Origin: Glaucostegus cemiculus
Taxonomy: Eukaryota
DNA length: 64,000 nt
NCBI GenBank assembly: GCA_976551045.1
Contig: CDPCPM010000023.1
Coordinates: forward strand, 8,184,001-8,248,000
Reading direction: 5' to 3'
A program made the position numbers and the translations under genes. Under the pieces are notes generated by a model. It had not been told where the DNA came from, did not search any database, and saw only the letters and a list, made by a program, of their open reading frames with translations. Positions 24,943 through 37,306 of this stretch are shown piece by piece; within the stretch, counting starts at the first letter, position 1, and each line of letters begins with the position of its first letter.

Positions 24943-26138
24943 TAAAATAGCTGAATCAGATATTGCAGTCATTGCAGTGTCAGTCTGCTGCTTTGGGCAG
25001 TGGGGGATTTGGGTGGAGAAACAGCATTGCTCAGGATTCTGCATTAGCACTGAAAGCAATTGCAGCACCTTGCATTTCTATAGCACCTTTAACATGGGAA
25101 GATGTACCAATACACATTACAGAAAGTGTGGGTCTAACAGTGAACCAAAGATGGACAGTTGAACTAAAGACTCGGTGGCAGTCGTGGAATTTAAGGGGTC
25201 TTAAAGGAGGAACAAGAGTTGGGGAGGTAGAGGGAACCCTTGAGCTTGGGGTGCAGACTGCTCAAAGTCCAGTCACCAAAGTTCGGCAAAAGAATCTACA
25301 GGTGCACAACAAGACCAACACCCACATTAATTTGGACTGTGTTCCTGGAGCCATTGCAGACTGGCTTGGAGCACTGTGAAGGTGTGATGCTGCATGTTAA
25401 TGTTGGGTCTGTTCCTGGCTGCTGCAATTCATCAGTAGGTTTGCGGTGAATTGCACAGAGCCCAGCACTACTTATGTAGTTGGTAAGAGTGTGTATTAAC
25501 TTATTGGCTTTGACCATTCCTGTGATTTATGGCACTGCAGTCAGATCCTCTGGCCTTGACTTATGGTATTGATCCTATGAATATCTAATTTCAGGCCTAC
25601 TGAGCATTTCTGAATGGCTTTCTGGCTCCCCCTGGATTCAAGACTTTCTAATTCTTTGATCTCCATTGCTCCATCAAGCTCTCTGGAAACCCCACCGTAG
25701 TCCATGCCATTCCAGGATGGGTTCAGTTATAGAATGCAAGTCAGTACCTGCCCCATCCACAGTGTCTCTCCCCTTTAAGAGGTGCAGACTAGCTTTAAGC
25801 AGAGTAGGTTAACTTGAATGCTAGCTACTCACAATACAGGCACCCTGCTGGAGCACTCAATGATGAAATGTCTGGCTAAAGAACTGACAGTTAACATTGG
25901 CTACACACTGAAATCATTCCGTTGAGTGGCAGCAGATTCCCACTGCCATCAATGGACAGGGGTTAATGACTCATTGCAATGCTGACCCGTATTTAGTGGT
26001 TATCTAATTTAGTCCATTTGTACTCTTTGGTGGAGGAAAAACATCAAGTCTGGTTTCACTTTATTTTTCTCTTGCTTTTGTTTCGATTAAGGAGTATATT
26101 ACCCAAAGTGGGCAATAGTAGAGATCCTGTCCCAAGGG

Positions 26139-26173
26139 GTGTGTGTGTGTGTGTGTGTGTATGTGTGTATGTG
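26139..26173. repeat. (GT)n microsatellite
   Basis: About 11 perfect GT units followed by interrupted units. Confidence 0.95.
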
Positions 26174-27003
26174 GCTGGCCATTCTATGAACACATGAAAT
26201 TTAAATAAATTCATTTGATTTCAATTAAATCCCAAAGTTATTGAGTTTTCCTATTTCAGTTGCTACTGTGTAAAGCACGGTTGAATCCTGATAAGTACAT
26301 AAGTCATTTGCCAAGGAATGTTTTTTTTGGATCTAACTTCCTATAAACATTTGATAAAAATAGCTGTTTGCAAATTTTTGTGCGGCAGCCCATTTAATCA
26401 TTCATTCAACAATCCAGTTTAAAGACAAACAACAAAAAAAAACTCCGAACAGAGTGATTAAACTGGACAAGATCACTACTGGTTGTGTCTATTGAATGAA
26501 GGGGTGAGATTAGGTGGTTAACATGGGTGATGATTTATGTATGGCTCATATTTTGTATTCAGTTGTTGATCTTTGATAACTACCTGCATTGAGTCAGATG
26601 GGAAGAAGTTCGTCCCATTGAACTCGTAGATGAGGTTTAATTCATTGAGGTTTTATACAATGAAAGTAAATGGAGGCTAAGTTCACTAGTGCCCAAAAAC
26701 AGGTGCAGGGGCTGTGATGCACATCAAGCAAGCGCCTGCTTACTGCAACGCCGGTAGATTGTACCGCTTGCTGGCTGTGGATGGAGGCAGGCATACTGCA
26801 ATTGATTCTAACCTGATATGTGGTGCAGTACAGGAGAGTGCACCTATTCACAGTTTTTAGTCTGCCCAGTGGGAGGCAGATGAAGGAGGTGGAATGGAGA
26901 AGAAAAGTCCTGTGACCACAGGGGGGCAGCCCAGTTGCAGGCACAGAAGGCAGTGGTAGTAAACAGACCAAAAGGTCGATGGCAGGAGTCATGCCTAAAG
27001 ACC

Positions 27004-27048
27004 TGGGTGCAGTGTTGCAAGACATGCTGTATTGCAACACTGCACCCA
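27004..27048. repeat. Perfect 17-bp inverted repeat with 11-nt spacer
   Basis: TGGGTGCAGTGTTGCAA-gacatgctgta-TTGCAACACTGCACCCA. Confidence 0.95.
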
Positions 27049-27489
27049 TGCCTGGTTTGTACAGAAGCACTAACATCAGAAAAAAGATTCCCGTGGCACA
27101 TGCTACACCATAGATCATCAACTTTGTCGCTCGAATCACATTGTAGCAATGGCAAGAAGAAACCAACCAGCAACCAGCATAGTTGGTGGTACATTTACAT
27201 AGCACCAGTCATGCATCATTACTGCTGCTCAGTGTGTGTTCAGATACATGAGGCTATGATAAGGCATTAACTGGAATGTTGAACTCCAAAGTGGTGTCAG
27301 ATCAACATTATGCATAAACTCAAGCCATGACCTCCTTACTCTACAAGTACACATTTAACCTTTTCCAACATGGATTACAGAACAGTTGGTGCCTCAAGTG
27401 TGCACGCAAGTCAGTTTGGCCTTGAATAGGTTTTAGTCCATTTAACTCCATGCAATAAAGTGAATTGTGTTTGGTCTAATGAGCGTGAC

Positions 27490-27573
27490 TGGGAAGTCAT
27501 TTAGTGCACAGTGAAAGTGAATGGGAAGTGGTTTAGTGCACAGTGAAAGTGAATGGGATGTGGTTTTAGTGCA
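27490..27573. repeat. 32-bp tandem repeat, ~2.6 copies
   Basis: TGGGAAGT(CA/GG)TTTAGTGCACAGTGAAAGTGAA starting at 27490, 27522 and partially at 27554. Confidence 0.9.
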
Positions 27574-29777
27574 TTGAGAAATATCCAGGGAGAATGAATG
27601 GAAAGGGTTTGGATGAATTTCATTTGGATCAATTTCTCATTGACCTCGATGAATATTCTCGTGCTGCATTTGTGTTTGTGAGAGGATGCTGCACTTGCTG
27701 GTGAGGATCCATTGTAGATTTGATGCTGTGCTCTGCAAAGGTGTTAACATTCAGTATAATTTCTAAAGTCATCATTATTCACTGAATACATCACATGATA
27801 GCCTAATTGAAAATTTGCATAATAGCATCTGCTTTTTTTTCCCCTTTGCTTTAATGGGTTCATTAAGTATAATTCGAGCATCAGAACCACTGAGGGATCA
27901 GATTGTGCAGGTCTGAGTTGGATATTTGATCTGATGACTCTACAAATGGCAGCTTGTCTTAGCTGAATAATGAAACACGAGGCTTTCTAATTATATCTTT
28001 AATCTAATGGCATGTTTTAAAACCTCCCCAAAGAAATAAAAATGTTGATATGTGTTCTAAAGCTTCAAAGAAATGACAACACTTAATGCACATTGCAGTT
28101 TGTTATGGCATTCCTGCCCAGGTTTGCTGGGCTCTGTTGAAATTAGTGGCCTGTTGCCTGCAAACACAAGCCCCCTTCCCACCCTGTGCTTTACAGTGCT
28201 GGCACCAATTGCTAATGTCGATGACTAAATCAGTAGTGATTCTCAACATAGCCACCAGCCTCGTGGAAATCCAGATGCAGAAAATTACATTTCTGTTTGG
28301 GAATTTAACATTGGATCTCACACAATGTTTGCAACTGAACTTTAACCTCTCTTCTTCATAACTTGCTGAGATGAGATTCAAATTATATTGAGCACTTTTC
28401 AATGGTAGAGCAAACTTTGTTTATTGAATAGTAGATGATGTTTGCTAAGTAAATACGCTCATGATGTACATTCGTCTTTGTTGACGGATTGCATGTGAGA
28501 GGTCGTTCACTGAAGTTAATGCCTGTGGCTAAAACAATGATGTAACCATCCCAGTAGCTGATCACTGATTCCAACTGGACAACACTGAACTAAATGTGAC
28601 AGCACTCCCAGATTCAGAGGCAGCTTGGCACATCTAAAGGTGAGACGTTAATCCAAGGCTTCGAGCAATCTGTCAGGTGGATGTGAAAGATCTCATAATA
28701 CTGCATTTTTTCACCCTGTAGTCCTAGCCAATATTAATTCCTCAGTCAACAGTGCTAAAAAAGGATAATCCAGTCATTACCTAGTTACCTTTAATGGTCT
28801 CAAATTGGCTAACACGTCTCTCCATTGCTACATGGCCTGCAGTTTTATTTTGACACTGGGACATCCTCAGGTTGTGGAGGTTGTTCTCTTATTCCTCTTG
28901 CTGGTTTGGGAACGCAGCAGGGGATGGGTGGGAGTAGAAGGTTGAGGTGGGCTTGTGTGTAGTGAATTGGGTGAAAGATTATAAAGGCAGCTTGTGATTG
29001 GATTCTGTTAGCTTTGTATTGCACTAAACTTGGAATTCTGTATCCCATTTTAGCTGTCCTGGCCATCAAACATTGAAACAATTGAGTTTGATGTCATTTC
29101 GGTATAGGTGCACATTACTTCTCTCCCCACTACTCAATGAAGATGTTAACATATTTAAGATAAACAGATAATGCTTGGGTTCAAATAACAAGCGAGATCC
29201 CCATACAGCCACATTGAATTTCAGTATTGTGAAGTCCAAGAGGGAGATTTCAACTGCAGTTTACCTCAGGACGATGTGTACCACTGATTTCAGCAGTGTT
29301 CTGTTTCCTCATTGCTCAGGTTGTTGCCCAGGGCCCAGTGCACCTTCCTCCAATGAGGAGGCAGGATGCGACTGCATTTGGTAAGGGCCTGTAAACTTCC
29401 CGCAGGTTGCCGTTGTTACAGTTCTTTACTGTCAACTGTTGAAGTCTTGTTTGTATCTCCTTGCAGGGAAGGAACTCAAGGTGAGCGGTGTGTTGAGAGA
29501 TTGCAGTTCCACTGTGAGAACATATTGGGGGAGGTGGGGTCCTCCACATATTGGGTGAGGTGCCACATAAATCTGTTGTTGTCATAGGTATTGCATAATG
29601 ATCACAGACTCAGCCATCTGGAAATAGTTGAGTTCACCAGACTGAAGGTCTTTGTAGATAATCCTCTTGTGTGGGACATCTTACTGTGCAGATGTCCATG
29701 CTATGCTCTGATTGGTTCCCACTTCAACATTTGTCCAATCCGCTTCGTCATCAGGGCACCTGAGAATCCATTAACCA

Positions 29778-30497
29778 GTAAATGGTAGGGCACTAAGAAT
29801 AAACAGAGAGGCCCAGGGCTCCAAGTCCATAGTTCCCTAAGAGCAGCAATGCAGATCAAAAGGTTGGTGAAGAGGGCAGATGGCAGGCTTGCCTTCGTAG
29901 GTCAGGACATAGAAGATAGAAGTTGGGATGTTATGTTGCAACTTTACAAAACACTGTTCAGACCACACTTGGAGCACTGTGTGCAGTTCTGGTCGCCTCA
30001 CTCTAAGAAGGATGTGATAGCGCTGAAGAGAATGCAGAGGAGATTCACCACAATGTTACCTGGATTGGAGGACTTCAGTTATAGGGAGAGATTGACTAGG
30101 CTGGGTTTGTTTTCCCTGCTGTGAAGGAGGCTGAGGGGTGACCTGATTAGAGATATATAAAATTATGAGAGGCATAGGTAGCAGAGATAGAATCTTTTTT
30201 CCTGTGGCAGGGTTATCAAAGATAAGAGGGCAGAAGGCTAAGGTGAGAGAATGGAGTTCGAAAGAGGATCTGAGGGGAAAGTTTTACACACGGAGAGTGG
30301 TTGATATCTGGAACTTGCTGCCAGACAAAGTGGCGGAATCAGATGCAAGTACTAAGCTTAAGAGGCATTTAAACAGACACTTAAATAGGTGAGGCGTGGA
30401 AGGATACAGTCCTAATGCAGGCAAATGTAATGTATGCGAAAAACATTGGTAAGGATGTGGTGGGTTGAAGGATCCGTTTCTGTGCTGTACAACTGTA
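29778..30497 (+). mobile_element. CR1 LINE 3' fragment
   Basis: DVMLQLYKTLFRPHLEHCVQFWSP...RRFTTMLPGLE and FYTRRVVDIWNLLP. The UTR ends GTTTCTGTGCTGTAC. Confidence 0.9.
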
Positions 30498-31209
30498 TAA
30501 TCACAACTGGCAGGCAGATGTTTGATATCCAAGTCTACCAGCCATCAGCACTTCAAGACACAATACTCCATTTGAAAGGCAAATTTATCAGATGCCTTAA
30601 TGCATGATCACAGGTATTGCAGGTGACATCTGTTCATTCTGGCAGAAAAGCAGCAGTTCCTCTTGGCGGCTATGTTCAAGGAGTAAGTCAGGGCTCACTT
30701 TAGAGACTTCAGGCACAACGTGAGGCGTCCCCCTGAACTGGAGGGACCAATGAACAAATAGATGCCAGAGGATTTCCACCTGATCCTGTTGCTTGAGTTA
30801 AGTTAGGCCACACCTTCGAGATTAGCTGTTCTCAACACAGCATCAAAAAGCAAAAGCTGCTCAGTCAACTCTGCAATGTCCCCTTCACCAACAGCATGGC
30901 TGATCATCAGCTAGCCTCCGAAGTAGCCTAACCCTTGTGTGAAGCCACTAGCAGCTGTTTAACAAGAAGGTTAGCTGCCATCTTCACAGGAGGCTTGGCC
31001 AAAAAGAACAAACCACACAGTGGAGGCTCAAAATCTGTGAATGAATTTAAAACTTTGCTATGTGTGGCTGGTCTTCTCTAGTACTGGGAGAAAGGCATTT
31101 TATGGAGGCCAATAACCTAACGTAGACCAAGGAGAGTTACAGCCAGTGGTACCATCAACATCTCTTATTTGCAACCAGAGACCTTTGATGACAGTGCGTA
31201 TTCAACTCC

Positions 31210-31470
31210 AGGGCTGCATGTGTTTTGGATATTGCTAAAAAGATCCTTAGCATTATCTTGAAGAAGAGCAGAGTTCTCCCTAATGACTTGGCCAATATTT
31301 ATCCCTCAATTAATGTGACTGAAACAGATTACCCTGTCATTACTTCATTGCTGTTTGTGGGAATTCTCAATACACAAAACTGACTGCTGCTTTTCCTATG
31401 TTACAACGGTGAGTATACTATAAAATACTTTGGGACACTCAGAGATCATGAAAGACACTATAGAAGTTTC
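31210..31470 (+). mobile_element. Old Deu-domain SINE relic
   Basis: AAAGATCC..GCATTAT.TTGAAGAAGAGCAGAGTTCTCCC...GCCAATATTTATCCCTCAA...TTTCCTATGTTACAAC...TTTGGGAC..GAAAG..CTATAG. Confidence 0.6.
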
Positions 31471-33092
31471 AATTTACAAATATATCTATAACAGAAGGAC
31501 ACAATTTATTTTTCTTTAAATGTGTATTGGAAGCCAGATCACACATGAGAAAATTGGCGCTGCCTGTAAAACGTTCTCTGTCATTTGCATTGGTGATTCT
31601 CCTCTCAGTCCATCCCTGTTTCAGGTTTATCAGCTTAACAAGTCTCTTGTACCAAGCAGGTTATGAGCTCAGAGGAGAGGGGGAAACAAGGTGCCGTTTT
31701 CCTGAGCTGGCAGATAGCACTTTCTAAAGCACAGTGAGAGGTGGAAAGTGAGGACTGGCAGCTGGCTCCTAACACGCTCTTTGTGGAAGACAGAATCATC
31801 TTTCCCTGAATTCAAGGAGATTAACATAATTACGGGCTGCGAGAGAGCAGAGTGCATCAGTGTTATGTGCTGACAATGCACTTACAAGGTGATGACTCCA
31901 TTATAAAATAGATTTTCATGACACAACCATTCCTCCCCAACAGATCCCATGCACCTTCAGCGATGTAAATGGCACTTTCTGTGCTGCTACTGTTTTTATA
32001 TTCCTGTTTTCCAAAACGTTCTACTTTTAGACACCTTGACAAATCAGCAGGATATAGGCGAGAATAATTGATTAGTGGAAGGTTATGACCAAGCCTCTTC
32101 TACATATGGTTCTGTGGACTACCAGCCACACATTCCAATAGCGTTGGTAAGAGTGTAACTATGGCCTTGCAATTTTCCATCCTGATAAAATCATTCTTGG
32201 TTAAAATTTGGGAATGACCCAAGGGTTTAGTCTGAGGGCCAGGATTGGGTTTGGTTTTATTTCAGCAGGCCTTTACTTTGTTGGAAGAGACTGTTCTTTA
32301 CAGTGCACGTGCAACATAGGGAAATAGAATTACTTTTCTTGTTAATACTTACTGAGGCACACCTAATTACTTGTTACATTACAGAAGGAGGCCATTTGGC
32401 CCATCAGGTCTGTGCCAGTAATCCCATCAATCTTCCTATTTCCTTTTATCCCTGCAACTTAATGTCTCTCACTCATGTTCATCAACTCCCCTTTGATTCT
32501 TTCATCACTTACCTTTATTAAGGGGTAATTTAGAGTGGCCAATTATCCTCCCAGTATATCTTTGAAAGGAGGAGGAAACTGGAGCAACAGGTCAAGACAA
32601 CGTGGAGCTGAATATATGGCTGCTGAGTGGGAGTGTGTTATAGGTCAGTGCCACAACTGGTACCTGCTGATGCCTATGTACCAAATCATAAACACTCAGT
32701 TCCCATGCCACACGTGGTGTAAATTGCTGTGGGAGACTTTCCTGAATCTCCAAGACAATTCAAGCTTTTTCAAAACAATCACATTTTATGTCCTTTTGCC
32801 AGGGAGCAAGTTTGATGAGGAGTTGTGACTGATATCTTGCCTTCATTGTCTCCCCACTACCCAAAATCCGGTTTTAGTAACCGCACTGTGGGTAACTCTT
32901 TATCTTCCACTATTTCTAATCTGGGAGCGGGGATACCATTTTTTTCTGCCATTCTAAGCTCCTTGCAGATTGCCAGACAACCATTGCATTACACCCACTG
33001 AGGTGGCACAACACTAGTCCAATCCAAAATCAAATAAAAATGCAGATGCTGAAAAGATTAAATAAAAGCAGAAGATCCTGGAATCACTCAGA

Positions 33093-33330
33093 GGACGATA
33101 GCGTAGCAGTTAGCGCGACACTATTACAGTGCCAGCGATCGGGGTTCGATTCCTGCCGCTGTCTGTAAGGAGCTTGTACGTTCTCCCACGTCTGCGTGGG
33201 TTTCCTCCGGGTGCTCCGGTTTCCTCCCATATTTCAAAGACGTATGGGTAGGTTAATTTGGGTTTAAAATGGGCGTCGCGGACTTGTTGGGCTGGAAGAG
33301 CCTGTTACCACACTGTAAATAGAATTTAAT
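33093..33330 (+). mobile_element. Young tRNA-derived V-SINE with short CR1-type tail
   Basis: A box TAGCGTAGCAG, B box GGTTCGATTCC, V-domain, tail GCCTGTTACCACACTGTAAATA. Closely similar to 44925-45166. Confidence 0.88.
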
Positions 33331-34609
33331 TCAAATTTTAAAAGAGTTACTGTTTTTCAAGTTGATCACCCTTTCAGAGATTGTTTATTACCTGTCATCT
33401 TTCTGATTAATACTATGCTGAACCATCAGGGCCACAACACACTTTCAATTCCAAAGCTGTCCACTCCACATTAATTCATATTTTGTCTGTTCCTACTTCA
33501 CCAAACGGACTGCAGCAGTTCAAGAAGATTGCTTCTCAAGGACAACCAGGGATGGGCAAAAAATGGTAGCCTGGCCAGTAACAATCCTATCCCGAAAAAT
33601 GAATAAAAAAGAAACACACTCCAACTCACCTCAGGTTTTGTTTCCCAGGCTGGGACTCCCTCCCCATTCAATATTTAATTTCATTCCATTGAATAAAACT
33701 AAATATTGCTTAGCAATGTAACAGTCACTGCAATAGTGTTGATTTATCACCAAAGCCAAGGGGAGTCTGTGCTCTCAAAGGGCCCGAAATTTGGGCCAGA
33801 GTAAAACCAGCAGTAATTCCTTCTGTGGTCGAACAGTTTATTGTCACGCTCCACTGAAGGTTGCTCGTGGTGAATGACACGCGCACGTTTTGGAGGGCAT
33901 TTGGCGCCTGTGAGTCATCAGAAAAAAAATCAGAATCCGTGACGTTCAGAAAGTTCACTAAAGGGTTAATCCCACCTTAGACCATGAGGTAATCATTGGC
34001 CGCAGTACATAGTGAAAATGTGCCTTGGTTCCCTTGAAGCCGAAGATGATGATGAAATGTCAGTGGCACAGCCTGCTGCTTATGACACAATGCGGTCAAG
34101 AACACTGTGTGCTTCTTGTTGAGCAGCACAGCTGCAGGGCAAAATCCTAACAGCTCGTGCTTGCTGAAAGGACGCTGCACAAACACTGAGCCTTATGGGG
34201 ATGATGTCATGCCTAACGGGTGGTGGAAACAGAGGGTCAGGGATTGTTTGTTGTGCACACAGTGGTACCCAGCAGAACAATGTGGGTAACAGCAGGTAGA
34301 TGTGTGCCTGGCATTCCAGCCTCCTGATTACAGTGCATTAGCCTATTATGGAAGCAGGCTGATGTCATAGGGATTAGGGCCAAAATCGCTGTGTTTAGTC
34401 TCCATTTTTGTACAATAGGCGATGTAGGTTTTTGGGGATTTATTTGCACATACAGGGAGCTGTTGTAGAAGTAGCTTCATTCATCGCTTCGAATAGAAAC
34501 GCTACAGAACAGCTTAAAAGCCAGCTCTCCTGACAATCAAACACTGGGTTTTAAGTAATAGAAAATGGAACCTACTATGGTTTAATAAGAGAACCTACAA
34601 GCAGGCCTT

Positions 34610-34836
34610 CTGTGTGTGTTATTTTGTGTGCGTGTGTGGATATGTGTGTGTGAGTGAGTGTGGGTTGTTATTTTGTGCATGTATGTTGTGTGCATTTTTT
34701 TTCTCTGTGTGATTTTTCCTCTGTGTGTGTGTGTGTAGGTTGTTATTTTGGGCATGTGTGTGTTTTTTTTCTATGTGTTTTTGTGTGTGTGTGTGTGTTC
34801 ATGGGGCTGTATGTATTTGTATATGTGCATTATGTG
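34610..34836. repeat. TG-rich low-complexity / degenerate microsatellite
   Basis: Interrupted (TG)n with a repeated GTTATTTTG motif. Confidence 0.85.
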
Positions 34837-36643
34837 TTCAGAATCTATAGCTTGTTCTTTCTTATAAACATAGTGTGCCTTATTAAAAACACTTTTTAAA
34901 GGACCATTTGGTCTTCATGGAATGGACGTTGTATCCTAGTCTGCATCTCATTAGTGACAGATGATCCTCATCAGCGATGAAGTCATCTTCTCTTTTCTGC
35001 TCCAAGGTTACCACGGTGCTGGGAGGTAGGAGCCCATTATTGACAACGGCTGTGGCTGCTGGGAGCAGGCTGCACTGTTGATTGAAAGAGCTTGTTACGC
35101 CTGCCTGGTCCGACACTTGCTGTTTCTCCGTACACACACGCTGGAGGCCCAGACAGGTTAAAGTGCAGCAACAGAGGGCTTTTTTCTTGCTGGAGAGAGG
35201 CGACTCAAAGCATTGCCTTTTACCTGGACTTGTAGATTTTAACATTTTTACCTCACAGAGTTGCTGTAAGCTGGTAATAAAATGGAAAGGGCAACTAGAA
35301 CTTTGGTAAATAATGGCAATGTGTATTTCCTTAATCAATGGGGTTAACAGTGAGAAGAAAGGACTGTGAAGGGGTGCAGTAAGTGACGTGCAGAACAGGA
35401 AAGTAAATAGAGACACACAAAGTTTGGTTTGGAAATCAAAAAGAGGCAGAATGAAAGGGAAAAATAAATTTTAAATTTGACACTTCTAATATTCCTTTAA
35501 ACAATTCACACCCTGAAGGAATGATAATCTGTATTTTAAATTGTTTAAATTTCTGGTATTAACAATCATCATCTTGTTAAAAGTACATAGGTCTATTATA
35601 TACTAGATTTAACTTTCCATAGCAAATGGATTGTTACTGTGTGAATGTGGCAAATTCATGGAAGTCATGGGGGGATTAAGCATCAGATGTCGTTCGTCAT
35701 GAACCAATAGTAGAGCAGGGAAACTAATCTACAGGTTATAGCAATAGACAGTTCAGAGGCTACTTACGTCACCACATTGGTGGCTGATTTTTATATTACC
35801 ATCAGTGTGTGTCTTCCTGATACTTTTATTAATTTCCAGAGAAATGTGGTCCGATGGATTATTTGAGTATACTTTAATAAATTGGTCAGCAGATTTTATA
35901 ATGAATAAACACAGATGCATTGAGCAGTGATGAGCTGTCAGTGGTGTTTAAGAACAGTGACTACACTGGCAAAGCAGTACAGGTGTGATGAACAGCCAGC
36001 TTGAGCTAAGTTCTAAGTTCGGTAGTGGCTCCTTGGTTATTCTGATCATTGAAAGGCAGCTTTCTTCATAGATCATTTGCTAGCTCTCGTACCTCTGAGG
36101 AAGGTTCTGGGGTCGAGCTAACACTGGAGATTTGGCCATGTAGTCTAATTCGGGGGCGACCCAATGATAGGATTTGTGCTGGCAACTTTCAGAATAGCTG
36201 ACTGGAAGGCCTCTGATATTCTTGCATGCCCAAGGTACGGTACCTAAGACCCTTTCTTGCCAATCAGAGAGAGGATCAAGCAGGTGTTTGGAGTGGCAGT
36301 AAGGTTGGGCAGATATTCAGTGTGGGGCTTAGAGGGGTGGGGGGGTGGTCTTGCAGATAATGGAAGGAGGCTGGGCAGTTGACTGGGGAACCGGAGAGCA
36401 GCAACAAAGAAGGGGTGTGGGCAGCAGTGAGGGCAATTGGTAACACTGATTAAAGGCAGCACCTACTCTGAGGAAGGTGTGGTTAAAAGCCATGTTTACC
36501 TGGAGGATGGAGTTCAAAGCAATGGCAACCTGGAGGAAGATGGCTACTCTGGACACAACGGTAGATGCTTCCTTTTACAGCCTTCACTGAGGATGCTGCT
36601 TGCCTGGTGAACTTTGTGCAAATGATATCAATCATTACATACT

Positions 36644-36772
36644 GGAGACAGAAGAGACTGCAGATGCTGAGAATGTGGAGCAACACACAAAGGCGCTGGA
36701 GGAACTCAGCGGGTCAGGCAGCATCTATGGGGGGAAATGGACAGTCAGTGTTTCGGCTTGAAGCCCTTCATT
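36644..36772 (-). mobile_element. Penelope-like terminal block
   Basis: GACTGCAGATGCTG...GCTGGAGGAACTCAGCGGGTCAGGCAGCATC...GTTTCGG...CCCTTCAT. Confidence 0.7.
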
Positions 36773-37169
36773 GCGTACTGCTTGACATTACTGCACATTG
36801 CCTGTCGGCCCCTGACTCTGATGCATCAGACACGCACCAGTCTGCTGCTGCTGCCTGTACTGGCCAGGTCAGGAGGACCGTGTCCACTTACCGTCACTAA
36901 GTCAGAGGAAGAATGGAATTGGAGAAGACACAGTGCAGACCAAGTGCAGTCCCCATGAGGAAACAAGTTTGGGATCTGCAGTCCTGAGAGACGGGATTGA
37001 GGAAATCGAGATTTTCTTAGACGGGGCAGATTGCCCAACATTGAGCATTCCATGTAATGAATGGTGGAAGCACAAAATCAGCGGCTCTTCCCAAACATAG
37101 AACGTTTATTACACGATGACAAAGGTCTTCCTCCAGGTTGTTGTTGCATGAACCTAGAAATTGGCCTTC

Positions 37170-37306
37170 AGGACTGATGAAGGGTCTCGGCCCGAAACGT
37201 TGACTGTTTATTTCCCTACATGGATGCTGCATGACCTGCTGAGTTCCTCCAGCACTTTTTGTGTATTGCTCCAGATACATCCAGCACCTGCAGAATTTCT
37301 TATGTC
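37170..37306 (+). mobile_element. Penelope-like terminal block with best-preserved hammerhead core
   Basis: CTGATGA(37174-37180)-A-GGGT-CTCG-GCCC-GAAA-CGTT-GACTG, then GATGCTGC..GACCTGCTGAGTTCCTCCAGC. Confidence 0.78.

Noticed and set aside
26642-27270. Overlapping 110-190 aa ORFs on both strands
   Set aside because: No recognisable domain or splice structure; composition is typical of chance ORFs.
29320-29380. AG...GTAAGG-bounded 61-bp exon candidate
   Set aside because: No frame resembles the next DUSP exon or any known protein, so it is unsupported without RNA data.
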